From assembly GCF_006345805.1 (NCBI RefSeq), contig NC_042997.1, forward strand, positions 134,602,001-134,666,000: a DNA stretch of 64,000 nucleotides, read 5' to 3'. Of this stretch, positions 12,329-25,022 are shown piece after piece. How positions within the stretch are numbered: the first letter of the stretch is position 1; each line of letters opens with the position of its first letter. The position numbers and the translations under genes are program-made. The DNA comes from Octopus sinensis (lineage: Eukaryota). Under the pieces are notes generated by a model, which saw nothing but the letters and a program-made list of their open reading frames with translations, was not told where the DNA came from and ran no database searches.

Positions 12329-13207
12329 TAAATTAGAGATAAAACCACTATTAGGCAAATCATACAATGAAAAACTTAAGCCAATACATAAGATTAATTA
12401 ATTTATATTATTTAAATATATATCAAAATTATTAAAAAAGATAATTAATATAACACTACGATCTTAAAATTTTCGAGTTACAGTCATTCTTCAGGTGGTT
12501 TAAATATCTAAAATATAATCAATATTTCTAAGATATAAATAATATATATAATATAATAATTTTACTTATAATAAACTCTATTATCAAATATGATTATATC
12601 CATATCGACTATAATGTTAAATATTAATTTTAATTTATAAGTTTGTTTAAGTTAGTTTATTTGTAGTTTGAAATTAGCTATTTCATCTTTAAATATGAAA
12701 AATTAAATTTATTAGGTTTTTATTATATACAATTATTTATAGAGATTATTTTAGATCTTGATTATAATATTTATATATATATTTTCATTGATAATTTATA
12801 TGTATTAGTCATTTTAAATATTTATGTAATTAGATATAGACTAATATTGATATTAGATTATGGTTTCCTACCTTATAAATTAAAATTAATATTAACATTA
12901 TAGTCGATTTGGATATAATCATATTTGATAATAGAGTTTATTATAAGTAAAATTATTATATTATATAATTATTTATATCTTAAAAATATTGATTATATTT
13001 TAGATACTTAAACCACCTGAAGAATGACTGTAACTCGAAAATTTTAAGATTGAACAGCCATGAAACGATCGTAGTGTTATATTAATTATCTTTTTTAATA
13101 ATTTTGATATATATTTAAATAAAATATTAATTAATTATCTTATGTATTGGCTTAAGTTTTTCATTGTATGATTTGCCTAATAGGTAGTTTTATCTCTAAT
13201 TTAATAT
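12324..13207. repeat. Long AT-rich inverted repeat (arms 12324-12641 and 12872-13207)
   Basis: The arms are reverse complements at high identity, with a 230-bp spacer. The right arm has a 19-bp extra segment. Confidence 0.9.
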
Positions 13208-13286
13208 ATATATATTTTACTATAAAATTGGATTCAATCCTAAATCTGATTTTTCCCTGTAAGTTTGGATTTATTCCCTAATATTT

Positions 13287-13364
<78 letters not shown>

Positions 13365-13478
13365 ACAATTGAGGGCAAAATTAATTAATTAATCAATTTC
13401 ACCAAGTGTTCAGTATGTAAAAGGACCATTTAAGGCGAATTCAAAATTTTACATTATATAATTAGGGCTTAGTAAAAT

Positions 13479-13600
13479 TAGGGCTTAGTAAAATAAATTA
13501 CTTTGCCACATACTGAACTTAGTAGAAATAGCAGCCAAAAAAAGCTGCTACTTCTACTAAGTTCAGTATGTGGCAAAGTAATTTATTTTACTAAGCCCTA
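13479..13600. repeat. Near-perfect hairpin, 57-bp arms and 8-nt loop
   Basis: TAGGGCTTAGTAAAATAAATTACTTTGCCACATACTGAACTTAGTAGAAATAGCAGC-CAAAAAAA-reverse complement, with one mismatch. Confidence 0.95.
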
Positions 13601-13612
13601 TTATATAATATA

Positions 13613-13650
<38 letters not shown>

Positions 13651-13695
13651 ATATATATATATATATATAATAGTGGTTTTATCTCTAATTTAATA

Positions 13696-13765
<70 letters not shown>

Positions 13766-13879
13766 CGTTTGTAGAAAAACATAAATCCTGAGAGAAGCAC
13801 ACTCTGTGATGTAGAACAGTTAATATTATAATGTGGATGGCCGGTTTATGGGGTTACCTTGGGTTTCACAGGGGCGAAA

Positions 13880-14240
13880 ATATTACCGACACCACAACCA
13901 CCATCAATCTCAATATTATCAGCTGCATCAACATCAACAGCACGCGCCCATAGTAATGGGAATTATCTGAGGCAACGTATTTACAAACATTTCTCAGGAA
14001 AGGAGATACGTAACGTCACTGGCCAGTCTCGTCTGGCAACTAAGTGACAATGAGATACAATATGGAAAATCCTCGAAAACCAAGGCCCCTACATCAACGG
14101 GACAAAACATTGCAAGTAATGCATTGATGAATGCGCGAAAATCCTAAAGGACTCACCCGTACCCGGGAGTATCCTTAACTCCAGAACAGAGATTTTCAGA
14201 CCATGTCTACAGTTTAGAAGATACCTGCTAGCGTTTTGTA
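13880..14240 (+). mobile_element. Penelope-like GIY-YIG C-terminal fragment, degraded
   Basis: GNYLRQRIYKH..., WKILENQGPYINGTKHCK*C and ILNSRTEIFRPCLQFRRYLL, similar to the 3' end of the 3.2-5.7 kb element. Confidence 0.7.
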
Positions 14241-14385
14241 ATCTGCAAGGTGATGGCACTGTCTTAAGCCGATAGCCAATCCCGAAAGGAGACGATTGAT
14301 TACCTTCGTGATTTTTGCTGACCGCAGGATGGCAGCGCGGCCGGAATTTGATAGCCGATGGCAAAGGGAGATAATTACCTATTGT

Positions 14386-14530
14386 TTACCTTTCTAGCCA
14401 GGCATTTTCCTCATCATATTTTGAAGTGGTCTTAGGCCAACAGGTTTGGGGTCTGACAATACACCGTAAGGCCAACCTCCTTATGGATACGAAACCCAGG
14501 GTAAGCACATAAACCGGCCTCCCCATGATC
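14386..14530 (-). mobile_element. Possible RTE-type LINE 3' fragment
   Basis: GRPVYVLT...DEENAWLER resembles the RTE GRP...W..R C-terminus. Confidence 0.35.
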
Positions 14531-14536
14531 ATACAT

Positions 14537-14588
<52 letters not shown>

Positions 14589-14589
14589 C

Positions 14590-14635
<46 letters not shown>

Positions 14636-15206
14636 ACAAAGGCAAGCAAGTACGTATATTAGTCGCCTACATGCTAGAAAAAGACGCCAATTTTTAAAAA
14701 CTACCTCAAAATATCAGTATTGGTTAATTTAACCTTAACCAGTTGATTGCACGTGGCTCACACGTGACCATCGCCCATCTTCCTTTCTGCTCTTGTGTTT
14801 CTTTCTTTCCGTTGTAGCTGGAACAAGGAAGACGTGTTCTTGTCAGTCTCCTTGATTTACGCGTTCGCCACCACAATCTCGCTTAGGCTTAGCAGCCCTC
14901 CCTGTTTGTTTTCACTGTCCTGTCTGCATTACTAATTTTGACCCTACGCAAAATCCCAATTGTTTTATCGAAGGTGTATATTCTTGTTAAATGCTTGAAA
15001 TGCAAGAGTAAAAAGACAGCCAACAACTGATGGAGGGTCGTTCTTTATATTGTTTGTCTTGTTTTCCGTGTGTGCCTTTCGTTGTTCGAAAAAATAATTC
15101 ATATTTCATATACTCGTACTTCTTATTTATTTCTTGTACACGTTTCTTGACGTCCTGTGCAAACATATGCATATATGTATATATATATATATATAATATA
15201 TATATA

Positions 15207-15254
<48 letters not shown>

Positions 15255-15272
15255 CATATATACATATTTATA

Positions 15273-15323
<51 letters not shown>

Positions 15324-15378
15324 TATATTATAAATATCTTCTGTTTGGTGTACAACTTTGTTACTTATATATATGTGC

Positions 15379-15412
<34 letters not shown>

Positions 15413-15695
15413 ATGTTGTACAGGTGTCAATTTATTACGGACTTTTCGTAAGAGATGTTTTCACTACCAAACAGAAGATAAGCTGCTTTTACTTTAAATA
15501 TTTATATAACATTTTAATATTTGATAAGATGAAATTCATCATCGAAACCGGTAATATTTTATATCTTCTTATATTGTTTTCAAATAATTTTATTAAACTC
15601 CTATTGAAATGTCTTAGATTTTCTTCTGTGCTCTGTCCACCTTCATCTTTTATATATAAACATTGATTTGTATTGATCTCTAATCTTTTTCCAAC

Positions 15696-15731
<36 letters not shown>

Positions 15732-17756
15732 CGCGCGCGTCTGTGTGTGTGTGTGTGGTCTAGTAAGTAAATCGATTTATCCTATACTGTCACATCACGA
15801 AATTTAGTTGGCCTTTAAGCAATGCATTCGTGGATAGTTGATGGGTTGTATATAGTGCTGATGAAGGAGCAAGAACACATGAAATATGCATATGCAAACG
15901 TTACCATTTTTGTTCTAATTTAGATCGCATTGTTTACGTAAATGAATTCGTATGCGAAACATCATAACTTTAAGTACTGGCTCTGACCTCTAGAAAATAT
16001 GTAGCTATAAAAACGAGAACATCGCACGGCTAACACAAAAGTAAATCATGATATTGACTAGTAAATATTTAATGTACTTGGTAGAGTATTATTATTGCAA
16101 AACGAAATATTTTATCTTTATATGTTATTAGTAAATACGAAATTCATATCGTTGTTTTATTTTTTGTAGCAGCAAATATTATTATGTAAATTAATTATAA
16201 AGTATGTAATTTTAAAAAAATGTATTCCTTATATTAAGTTGGATTCTATATTGAATTATGCAGCTTGTTTCTTATCAAACGTAACTACCTTATAATAGTG
16301 AAATACTCTATCAAATTACTACTACATGTTTACAAATTTGTATGTTGGCTTACTGTTACTATTTCCTCATTTAACCTCGAACATGTTTACCTCATTTACC
16401 CTTCAACTATTTTTATATTGTTTTAATCTATATTTTTATCAATATATTTATATGTTGTACTTTTGTATATATAGATCTATTGATTTGTATAAAATTGTAT
16501 TAATGTATGTGTATTTTAAAAAATATATTTAAAATTTTGCGTCTGGGAATTTGTTGACTGACCTACACTTTGTTTCTGACTTTACTTCTTTATTTATCGT
16601 TCGTCTCGATAATAGAGGAAGAAAAGAAAATTACATAGAAATAGTTTAATATTTATACTTATTATTTATCTAAATATTAATTTATTAGATGGTATATATG
16701 GAAATTGATCAATTAGAATTTAACTGGTATTTAATAAAGGAGTACCGCTGCTAACGAACATGTTAACTATATACGAATTTAATTAAATTGAATTATTGTC
16801 AGTTGTGGAGATACCGATATTGTTTTATATAAGCTAAGTATGATTTAATAGGGGTACAAAGATTATATTTATTAGATCCTATTATAAGATAATAAAATGA
16901 TCAAGTAAGTTAGTGCACCATAGAAAAGGAATAAAGATAGCCAATCACTAAATCCATTACAAAGTATCTATACCTAATTAACTTCAATAGAGAAGATTTA
17001 TATAAAATTTATAATAATTTAAGTATTGTGAACTAAAATTTGTTTATTAAATCAAGACTGATACCCGGTATTGGTTAAAAGAATATTGTTATTTAAAAGA
17101 ACATGCTAAGTATATACTAATTTTAAATGAAGAGGTATAATATAGGTTTTAAAAGTTATTAGTGTTGATCCGTAAATGATATTACAGATTCTTCGGGATT
17201 ATAAGGGCTGCTTGTATAAAGGCCAATATAAATACTAAGATCAAGACTATGGAACCCTTTAAGAAAAGTATAAAAAGTAAATTACTAAAAACTATTTTAA
17301 ACAATGTAGCCATATTGTATAAAGTTAAAACTTAGGGTTATCAAGAGGATTTTGCATTGAGATGAAAGATCAAATTGACTATAAATTAATTAAATTATAA
17401 TTTAAACAGTTTAATTTCAAGTTGTAAAGATACCCCTATTGTTTTATATAAGCTAATTATGAATTTATAGGGATACAAAAATTTAGGTTTATCTGAAGGT
17501 AATTATAAAGTATTGAAAATATTAAAATGATCAGGTAGGGTAGAACACCATAGAAAAGGGTATAAAAATGATGAAGTATATATAAAATTTATAAAAACAA
17601 TAGAGAAGATTTATAGAAAATGTATAATAATTCAAGTATTTAAAGCTAAAAATTGTTTATTTACTTATTTAGCTAGTTTCTATAATGAAACTATGCACTA
17701 ATTTTAAACTAAGAGGTACATTATGGTTTTACATCACAAGATCAATAAAGTGCTAC

Positions 17757-18400
17757 TTTCTAAAATATTTAAAGGTACAGGTGGCACTATGTACACATGA
17801 TACCCTAAGGTCTAATCAATTATAAATCAGGTTGCCTTTATCTTTATGCTTAAATATTTCTTATATTTCCAAAGAACACAGCTCACACCCATATCTGCTA
17901 TTTCTATAAGGCTGTGCTTTTCTTATTATTTCCCATTTGAGGCTAAACCCAGTTCCACTTTCCTTCAATTCCCAAATCTTACTGGATAATGACGTAAAAT
18001 CCACCGTATGATTAAGTTTAAAGGGTGACAGGTGGTTGTATAGGCGCTATTTAAAACTAATCGAACATCCAATATGTATATAATTATTAGTTGTAGTTAT
18101 TATTGTACATTTATATATTACGTTCTGGGTAAGACATCGGCCTAATAACGGACAGCGGGATTTAACCCTACAATTGCAACTAGGTGAATTATCATTACTA
18201 ATATTAGTATTATTAAGATTTAAACTATTATTTTTACAATTGATATTTTCGTTATTAATATTTCTATTATCAAGTATATTATCTTCACGTCTGTTAGTTT
18301 CTAACTCCACTTCAATCGTAGTATTATTTAAAACCGCATTTGCATCAGCAGGCATACTAATAGTTTCCATGTCCATATATGCACCGGAACTACAATCCAT
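17757..18400 (-). mobile_element. Penelope-like GIY-YIG domain with in-frame stops
   Basis: SCNCRVKSRCPLLGRCLTQNVIYKC...HIGCSISFK*RLYNHLSPF...SLSSKIWELKE...KWEIIRKAQPYRNSRYGCELC, all in one frame. Confidence 0.85.
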
Positions 18401-19322
18401 AATGTTTATATCAATTGATCAATATTCACTAATACCATCTGATAAATTACTATTTAAGTTTATAGTATGTATAAATATTAAACTGTTTCTGGATAGCTTC
18501 TTTTCCTCCATCTATTATGGTAAAAGTTTGGTATATACTCAAATGTATTCATAAAGCATTTTATCCTTTTGTTATAATTCTTCTTCTTAATAATCCTCTG
18601 AATAACCCTAAACTTTAACTTTATACAATATAACAGTATTGCTTAAAATATTTAACTATAGTACTACATGATAAAATTCCCCCTGTTTCATTATCAATGG
18701 TCTGCTAGTGACCAGCCCATTTAATTGTCAGCAAACATCTTGATTTAAGTTTTTCCTTTACCAAATCTCATGATATACCTTCAAATAAATCTAGATTTTT
18801 ATGACTATACCTGTTATGATTTCTGTCGACTCCCTCAGCCTTATTCCTAACAGATACTGCTCCCTGTTCTCTCAGCTTTAAATATACAATGATTTGATAA
18901 AACTAATCTATAAATTAAAACTGACCCCATAACACAGTGAGAAGCAAAATCTGTAACAAGTCTTTCTTCCTGATACCTTAGTAGCTTCTAAGTGGAAGTA
19001 AAGGCAGCATGTTCTTTGTCTATCTCCTTAACTTCTTGGAGATTTTAGGTAAAATTATAATAATGTGTCAATCTGTTTTAATTTAATTAAATTCTATGTC
19101 TCTGTGCAGCTGAGGATTGTTCTGCATTTAAATTGATGTAATGGTTGCTTTGTTCAATTAAATGAAGTTACGTGAAACGATCGTACTGCACTACTTCTGG
19201 ATATCCTTGTTACTTAATTTGCTTCTAATCACCTTATCTTGAAATTGTATGGATAATACCGTACTAAATTCTGGTGCCTCATCTTAAGTACCGTATTCAT
19301 CTGAATCTAAATTTTTGCTAAC

Positions 19323-19373
<51 letters not shown>

Positions 19374-19374
19374 A

Positions 19375-19453
<79 letters not shown>

Positions 19454-19637
19454 GCATAAATACATACATACATACACACACACATATATATATGTAGAGA
19501 GAGAGAGAGAGAGAGAGAGATAATTGTATTCTATACAATTATATATCTCTGTATATGAATTTTACCTAACATTTTTTTTACATGCTGGCCACTAATAAAA
19601 TTCATTAATTCTAATAATTTTATCCTTCAATTATGTT

Positions 19638-19676
<39 letters not shown>

Positions 19677-19950
19677 GTATGTATGCATGTATTTACAAGC
19701 TTCCTTGTGGTTTCCTTGTAAATCAAGAAAGAGGGAACATGCGCTCGCGCGTGCACATAGAATTCTGGTATTTGTTGTCACTCATCAAGTAGTTTATAAC
19801 ATAATTCTGTGACACCGTTTTTCTTAAATGTAAAATAAATTTCCTATATATTTATAATGAAATAAGATTATTGTTGTATTTTCATGCAGATAAATGTGTC
19901 ATATTGAAAATATATCACACCACTTGACAAAAATATTTTCTGTCACACAG

Positions 19951-20439
19951 GTTATTATTCAGTATTTGAACTGCTTCTCCAGCGTCATCATGTTTGTATC
20001 TTCGGCGCCACACTGTGAAGTACCAACCAATTTGGAAGCCCAACACAGGATTCACTACGGGTTACGCAATAAGTTTATTTCCACAGATAAACTAGCTCTA
20101 CAGGCAACAATACAATTACCACTGCTGGAGTTGGATAAAACTTGCCCAACATCTATTGGTAAATCCAGTCATGCCAGCAACCGATCCACGTGTCCTTGGT
20201 ACCTGAAAGTTATCTATGACAAAAACGTTTACCCTCCACTACGTACTGAAGTCGTGTGTCGTTGTAAACATTGTCTAGGCACTGACCATAACTACCATTG
20301 TGTGGAAGTATTTACTGATATGTATGTTCTTAATCGTACAGAAGCATGTGTTGACGGGCTGTATGTATATAAGCCAAGTAAAATTAAAGTCGCTACAGCC
20401 TGTGTATGTGTGCGGAAAATCGATCGAACCGTAACATAG
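19951..20439 (+). CDS. IL17: Interleukin-17-like cytokine, main coding exon (ORF track 19894-20439)
   Basis: IL-17 cystine-knot signature RSTCPW...D.NVYPP.RTEVVCRCKHC...HCVEV...VLNRTEACVDGLYVY...VATACVC, with 10 Cys in the mature region. The reading frame is intact and starts with a hydrophobic stretch ending VSSA. Confidence 0.92.
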   Translation, partial: VIIQYLNCFSSVIMFVSSAPHCEVPTNLEAQHRIHYGLRNKFISTDKLALQATIQLPLLELDKTCPTSIGKSSHASNRSTCPWYLKVIYDKNVYPPLRTEVVCRCKHCLGTDHNYHCVEVFTDMYVLNRTEACVDGLYVYKPSKIKVATACVCVRKIDRTVT

Positions 20440-22486
20440 GTTATGAGACTTGGACGCAGTTAAATACAATCTATAAACCAGCTTTGACGTAAAGATTGTT
20501 CATACTCAACTACCTTGTCATTATGTTATACTATGTATAACTTACTAAAATTTGGTTAGACATTATGTATGTATGTATGTATCTATGTATGTATGCATGT
20601 ATGTATGAACACTATGACCGAACAATTTCATCCTGAAGTCACTAGTTTACCGCCTTTTCATCACTGGATTTGCTGATGTTTTCATTAAACTTGCCTCCAG
20701 TTCTCTCTACCACATGGATCGCCCTTCAGCCTTCATCATTGGACTCATCTATGTAACTCATTACTTTCTATCTTTTTTGTCGGACTTTGTATACAACTTC
20801 CGATCACTATTTTATTTATAAACTTGTAATTTATATATATTTTTCACTTGTTTCTATATTTTTCTTTCAATTTACACTCTTTACAACATCGATTAAAATT
20901 GTTAATAATTTCGTCATGTAAATATAGAATATTAATTAATTGCATTTGTGCATATTACCATCGTTAAATAATTTATAACAGTGAAAAACGTTGTGTCTCC
21001 GTAATTTTCAAGCACATAAATACATAAATTCACATATATGCACTCATATATACACAGACTCATTTAAAGTTAGATCCTGAAGACGGATGAAGCGCCTGTA
21101 AGCATTTTGCTCGATGTATTAACCATTCTACCAGCTAGCCACCTTGTTTGAAATCAATTGCAAGAAATAGGCAGGCGGTGAGCCAGGAGAATCGTTGGTT
21201 TCAAAGTATTTCGAGATACCACTAAGTTTGCTTCAAATTTTTCGATTTAATGAAATAATTAACGGTGATATTTTCTAGTATTATTTATTTTAATATTCAC
21301 TGTCTCACTTATCAACTGCCCTGTTTTGACAGAAGGAAACAATAACGAGTTGGCCTTATTAAATGCTTCCCCATACTTCATGCGATCGTTTCATTTCTTA
21401 ATCCCAAATCCCCAAATTACTCTGTCTGGTGAGATATATATATTATTTAATAGACACAATGCATATTATTATTATTAGTTTCATATGTTGAAAAATACCC
21501 CAAACGTAATTCATCAGACACAAACCACATATCATAAGAAACTAAAAACTGAATGAGAGTAGAAACGCGAAAAGTTGAGAAGGAAGCATTTAGAAAACTG
21601 GAAGTTTAAAAAACGGAAACGAACAGCGGTAAACAAAAAAGTAAAACTATCTATAATATACATGTTTATAGTGTATCAGGCAATCGTATCAACATTCATT
21701 CGTGTGATTTAATAAAAAATGTATATTTATGAACTCGTAGGTCTTCTGTTGCTTTACGTTTTGTTGAATGTCTCTGGATACGAATTTTTCTATTTAGATT
21801 TCAAATTACACTTGTGAATTTTACCTGTTGTCTTAGCGCCCTCTGGTGTATATATTTCATGTGTTATGTCATTAATTGTACAAGATGAAGCTTGTTTAAG
21901 AGAACAAAATTTGTGAGATCAAAGAAGATGGAATAAGGAGTTTAAATACTACAACGTGTAAAGTAACTAATTGTTCATATATAATAATTACATCCGACGA
22001 CAAGAATTCTGCCAAGCAAATGTGAAATTGATATTTCCTTCTGTACCTGAAGTAATTCAGTGACCAGCGTCATTGACACTGAATTTTTAGGTGTGCTAAT
22101 CTTGATTTCATAGATATCGGTTGCAGTCACTTGATAAAATATGTATGTAAATCTTACAAAATATGCAGCGTTAATACGATATAGAAAACTCGTCTAACAT
22201 CAAAAAACAGTTTTAATTCTTACGATTATTTTTTAAAACTCGGCTTATTTAATATTTCATCGGTTTTCTTCTACCAATTATCATAAAACGTGGCATCAAA
22301 CATTGTCTGAGGTTTAGTATTTTAAACAAAACTTTACTTCTCACCACAAATAACAGCCTCTTCAGCAGCTGCACAGCAAAATTCTCATATCCTACAACAT
22401 AGAAATTTGCAGATAACATCGACTACTCAATTATGCCAAAAGTTTACGTGTTTATCAAACACAAGTTCTGAACATGACACGCAATT

Positions 22487-22487
<1 letters not shown>

Positions 22488-22562
<75 letters not shown>

Positions 22563-22609
22563 TTTCTTTCTTTCTTTCTTCTTCTTTCTTTCTTTCTTTC
22601 TTTCTTTCT

Positions 22610-22640
<31 letters not shown>
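22488..22640. repeat. (CTTT)n microsatellite at the 3' end of a Penelope-like element
   Basis: Direct reading of the sequence. Confidence 0.95.
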
Positions 22641-22644
<4 letters not shown>

Positions 22645-22651
22645 CTCTCTC

Positions 22652-24620
22652 TCATATCTGTAATACTTCAGTCCTAGTGCTCCATTCTAGTTTTCTATTC
22701 AGGCTAGGTTTATTTTCTATTATGTGCGTAGCTTCTGTAATTTGTTTGATTGTTGCATCTGTTCTATGTGTGGACAATATTTTAATTTCTATATTGTTGA
22801 TTGATCCCCCATGTTCCTGTTCGGCGTGTTGGTACAGAATCGATGAGCTTTTACCTTCCTTGAGTTGTCTCCAATGTTTATTTACCCGCTCTCCTATGCT
22901 TCTTGCCGTTTCCCCTACGTATGTCGTTCTCTTGTTACTGCATCGTCCCTCTATACATCTTATACTATAGACTACATTTCTGGCTTTACAGTTTGTTTGT
23001 GGGCTAAATATACATACAGTACAGTACTTATCCACACAAGGGGTTCTACTAAAAGGATAGGTTCTACCAATTATAGATTTGATAGGGTTGCCTGGCTTTT
23101 CAAAAACCTTAATTCTTAGCTTAAGTTTGTCTAGGGTCCTTCTAAAGCGGTACGCCAGTTCACCTCTATGGGTGGTGTCAACGAACATGACACTCTGGTA
23201 TTTATGGCTATCATACCAAGAGTTGGCCTTCCCTATTTTCTTTTTTGTCCTTTCTATAGTGTTCCATGACTTGTTCCTATAGAGTGGGCAAATCCCATTC
23301 CTATCATTACATAATATATTATCAAATTTCTTCATGGCTCCTTTGTATACTCTGATCCTTTCTTTATGGCAGTAACCTGAGAACTGCATGCGATGAATGA
23401 AATATTGTATGTGTCTCTTTAACTCTGTGGGCTCGCACATGCATGACACATTTCTCATTATTCTGACAAGATCTGCCATCAAAATATTGAATTTGGCATT
23501 GTCGGCAATGGCTGAGTTCCGGTGGATCAAGTATTTTGAGGCCATAGGTTTGGCATTGTATGAATGAAGGATTTGGGTTTTATTATTCACAATTTCTAGC
23601 TAGAGTTCAGTGTCTAGTACTGGTAGTCTATGGTTGGGGTGTTTAGTGGGGTAGTCTATTGTGACCTTAATACTCTGGTGGATGGAGTTAGCTATTTGCT
23701 GGATGCTCTCCATAGTATTAGTTTCTATTACTATATCAACATTACTCTCTTGTGGGGGTGCCTTTACCACTATGTTGATATCATCAACATAGCGAGAGTA
23801 CATGTTTACGAGTATGGAGTTCTGTGTTAGGCGTTCTTTAAGCCTTCTGTCCCACCATACCATGAAAAGGTTGGCCACATCACCAGCGATACTAACGCCG
23901 ATGGCTGCCCCCTCGTCCTGGGCATATATTTTATTATTAAACTTAAACGTGTGGCCTTTTAGGATAACTCTTATACTAGCTCCAAGTGCATGTGCGATCA
24001 TTTTCTTTACCTGATGGATATTTGCGGGGCTCCGTATGGCTCTGATCCATCCGCGCCATCTTTCTAGCCATAGAAGTAATTGTGGGCGGTCTGCCTCTTA
24101 AACATCTACTGGGGCAGAAACTACTAAGATTATGTTTATCTAAGTATTCGTTATTACATGTCAGTCTAAGTAGGAGGCCCAGTTTCTCTGTGTTGACATT
24201 ACGGAACTCCACCTGGCTCTCGTTGATCATCTCCACGCACTTCTCCACTGCAAAATCTACGTCGATCGATGGGTATAGGGATACCACATCCATGCTACCC
24301 ACCATACATCCTGTCAGGTCACAAGTGTTGTTACAGTCATTGATCCTGCTGAGGAGATCTTCTGTGCTGTCACAAACATCAGGTGACATCCGGATTTTAG
24401 GGCGTATGATCATTGAGAAGAAGTAGGAGATTCTGTAATTGCTAGCGATATTCGCTCCACAGACTGGTCTTGTTGGTGGTCCTGCTATAGGGTCAGTAAT
24501 TACTTTATGGTCCTTGCGAAATCCATACAGTGCCGGGATATCATTGTTCTAGGCTTGGAAATTATTTGCTGTACGTTTCTGGGGTCCCAGAACAATTGTC
24601 CACATCATCATGTAGGCGTT
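22652..24620 (-). mobile_element. Penelope-like element, RT plus C-terminal GIY-YIG, 5'-truncated, with a frameshift and stops
   Basis: PPTRPVCGA, GSMDVVSLYPSI, AIGVSIAGDVANLFM, YSRYVDDI, RLPVLD and KPMAS, then CKARNVVYSIRC...TYVGETARSIGERVNKH...EATHI...PSLNRKLEW. Confidence 0.93.
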
Positions 24621-24672
24621 GAGGACCTTTTCTCTCTCCTCATGCGCCTGTACAGTAGACAACCACCATATG

Positions 24673-24707
<35 letters not shown>

Positions 24708-24883
24708 TTATATATATATATATGTGTGTGTATGTATGCATGTATGTATGTGTAAACATACATATATGCACATATATATAACCATGCACACATACAAATA
24801 TACATATCCATAGATTCACTCGTACATATGTAGGCATTCATACATACATATACACACTTTTCTATCTCTCTCTCTCTCTCTCA

Positions 24884-24914
<31 letters not shown>

Positions 24915-24964
24915 CATATATGTATGTTTACACATACATACATGTATGCATACATACATGTATG

Positions 24965-25020
<56 letters not shown>

Positions 25021-25022
25021 CA

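Noticed and set aside
13017-13050. Hammerhead-like CUGAAGA...GAAA in the 12.3-13.2 kb palindrome
   Set aside because: There is no convincing stem II.
13462-13490. TTAGGG motifs suggesting a telomere
   Set aside because: There are only two copies, within a 16-bp duplication at a hairpin arm, and no array.
15858-15896. CUGAUGA...GAAAUAUGCAUAU hammerhead-like motif
   Set aside because: It has a palindromic stem III, but G at the cleavage position and no stem II, so it is a relic at best. Similar failures occur at ~22360, ~46927 and ~60047.
16896-16912. Closer ATG plus GTAAGT donor as IL-17 exon 1
   Set aside because: It is phase 2 (ATG ATC AA|GT), incompatible with the phase-0 acceptor, and lies in repeat-derived sequence.
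19894-19950. ORF-track N-terminus of IL-17 (MCHIENISHH...)
   Set aside because: It is hydrophilic and ends in a pyrimidine-rich acceptor (TTTTCTGTCACACAG), so it is more likely intron.
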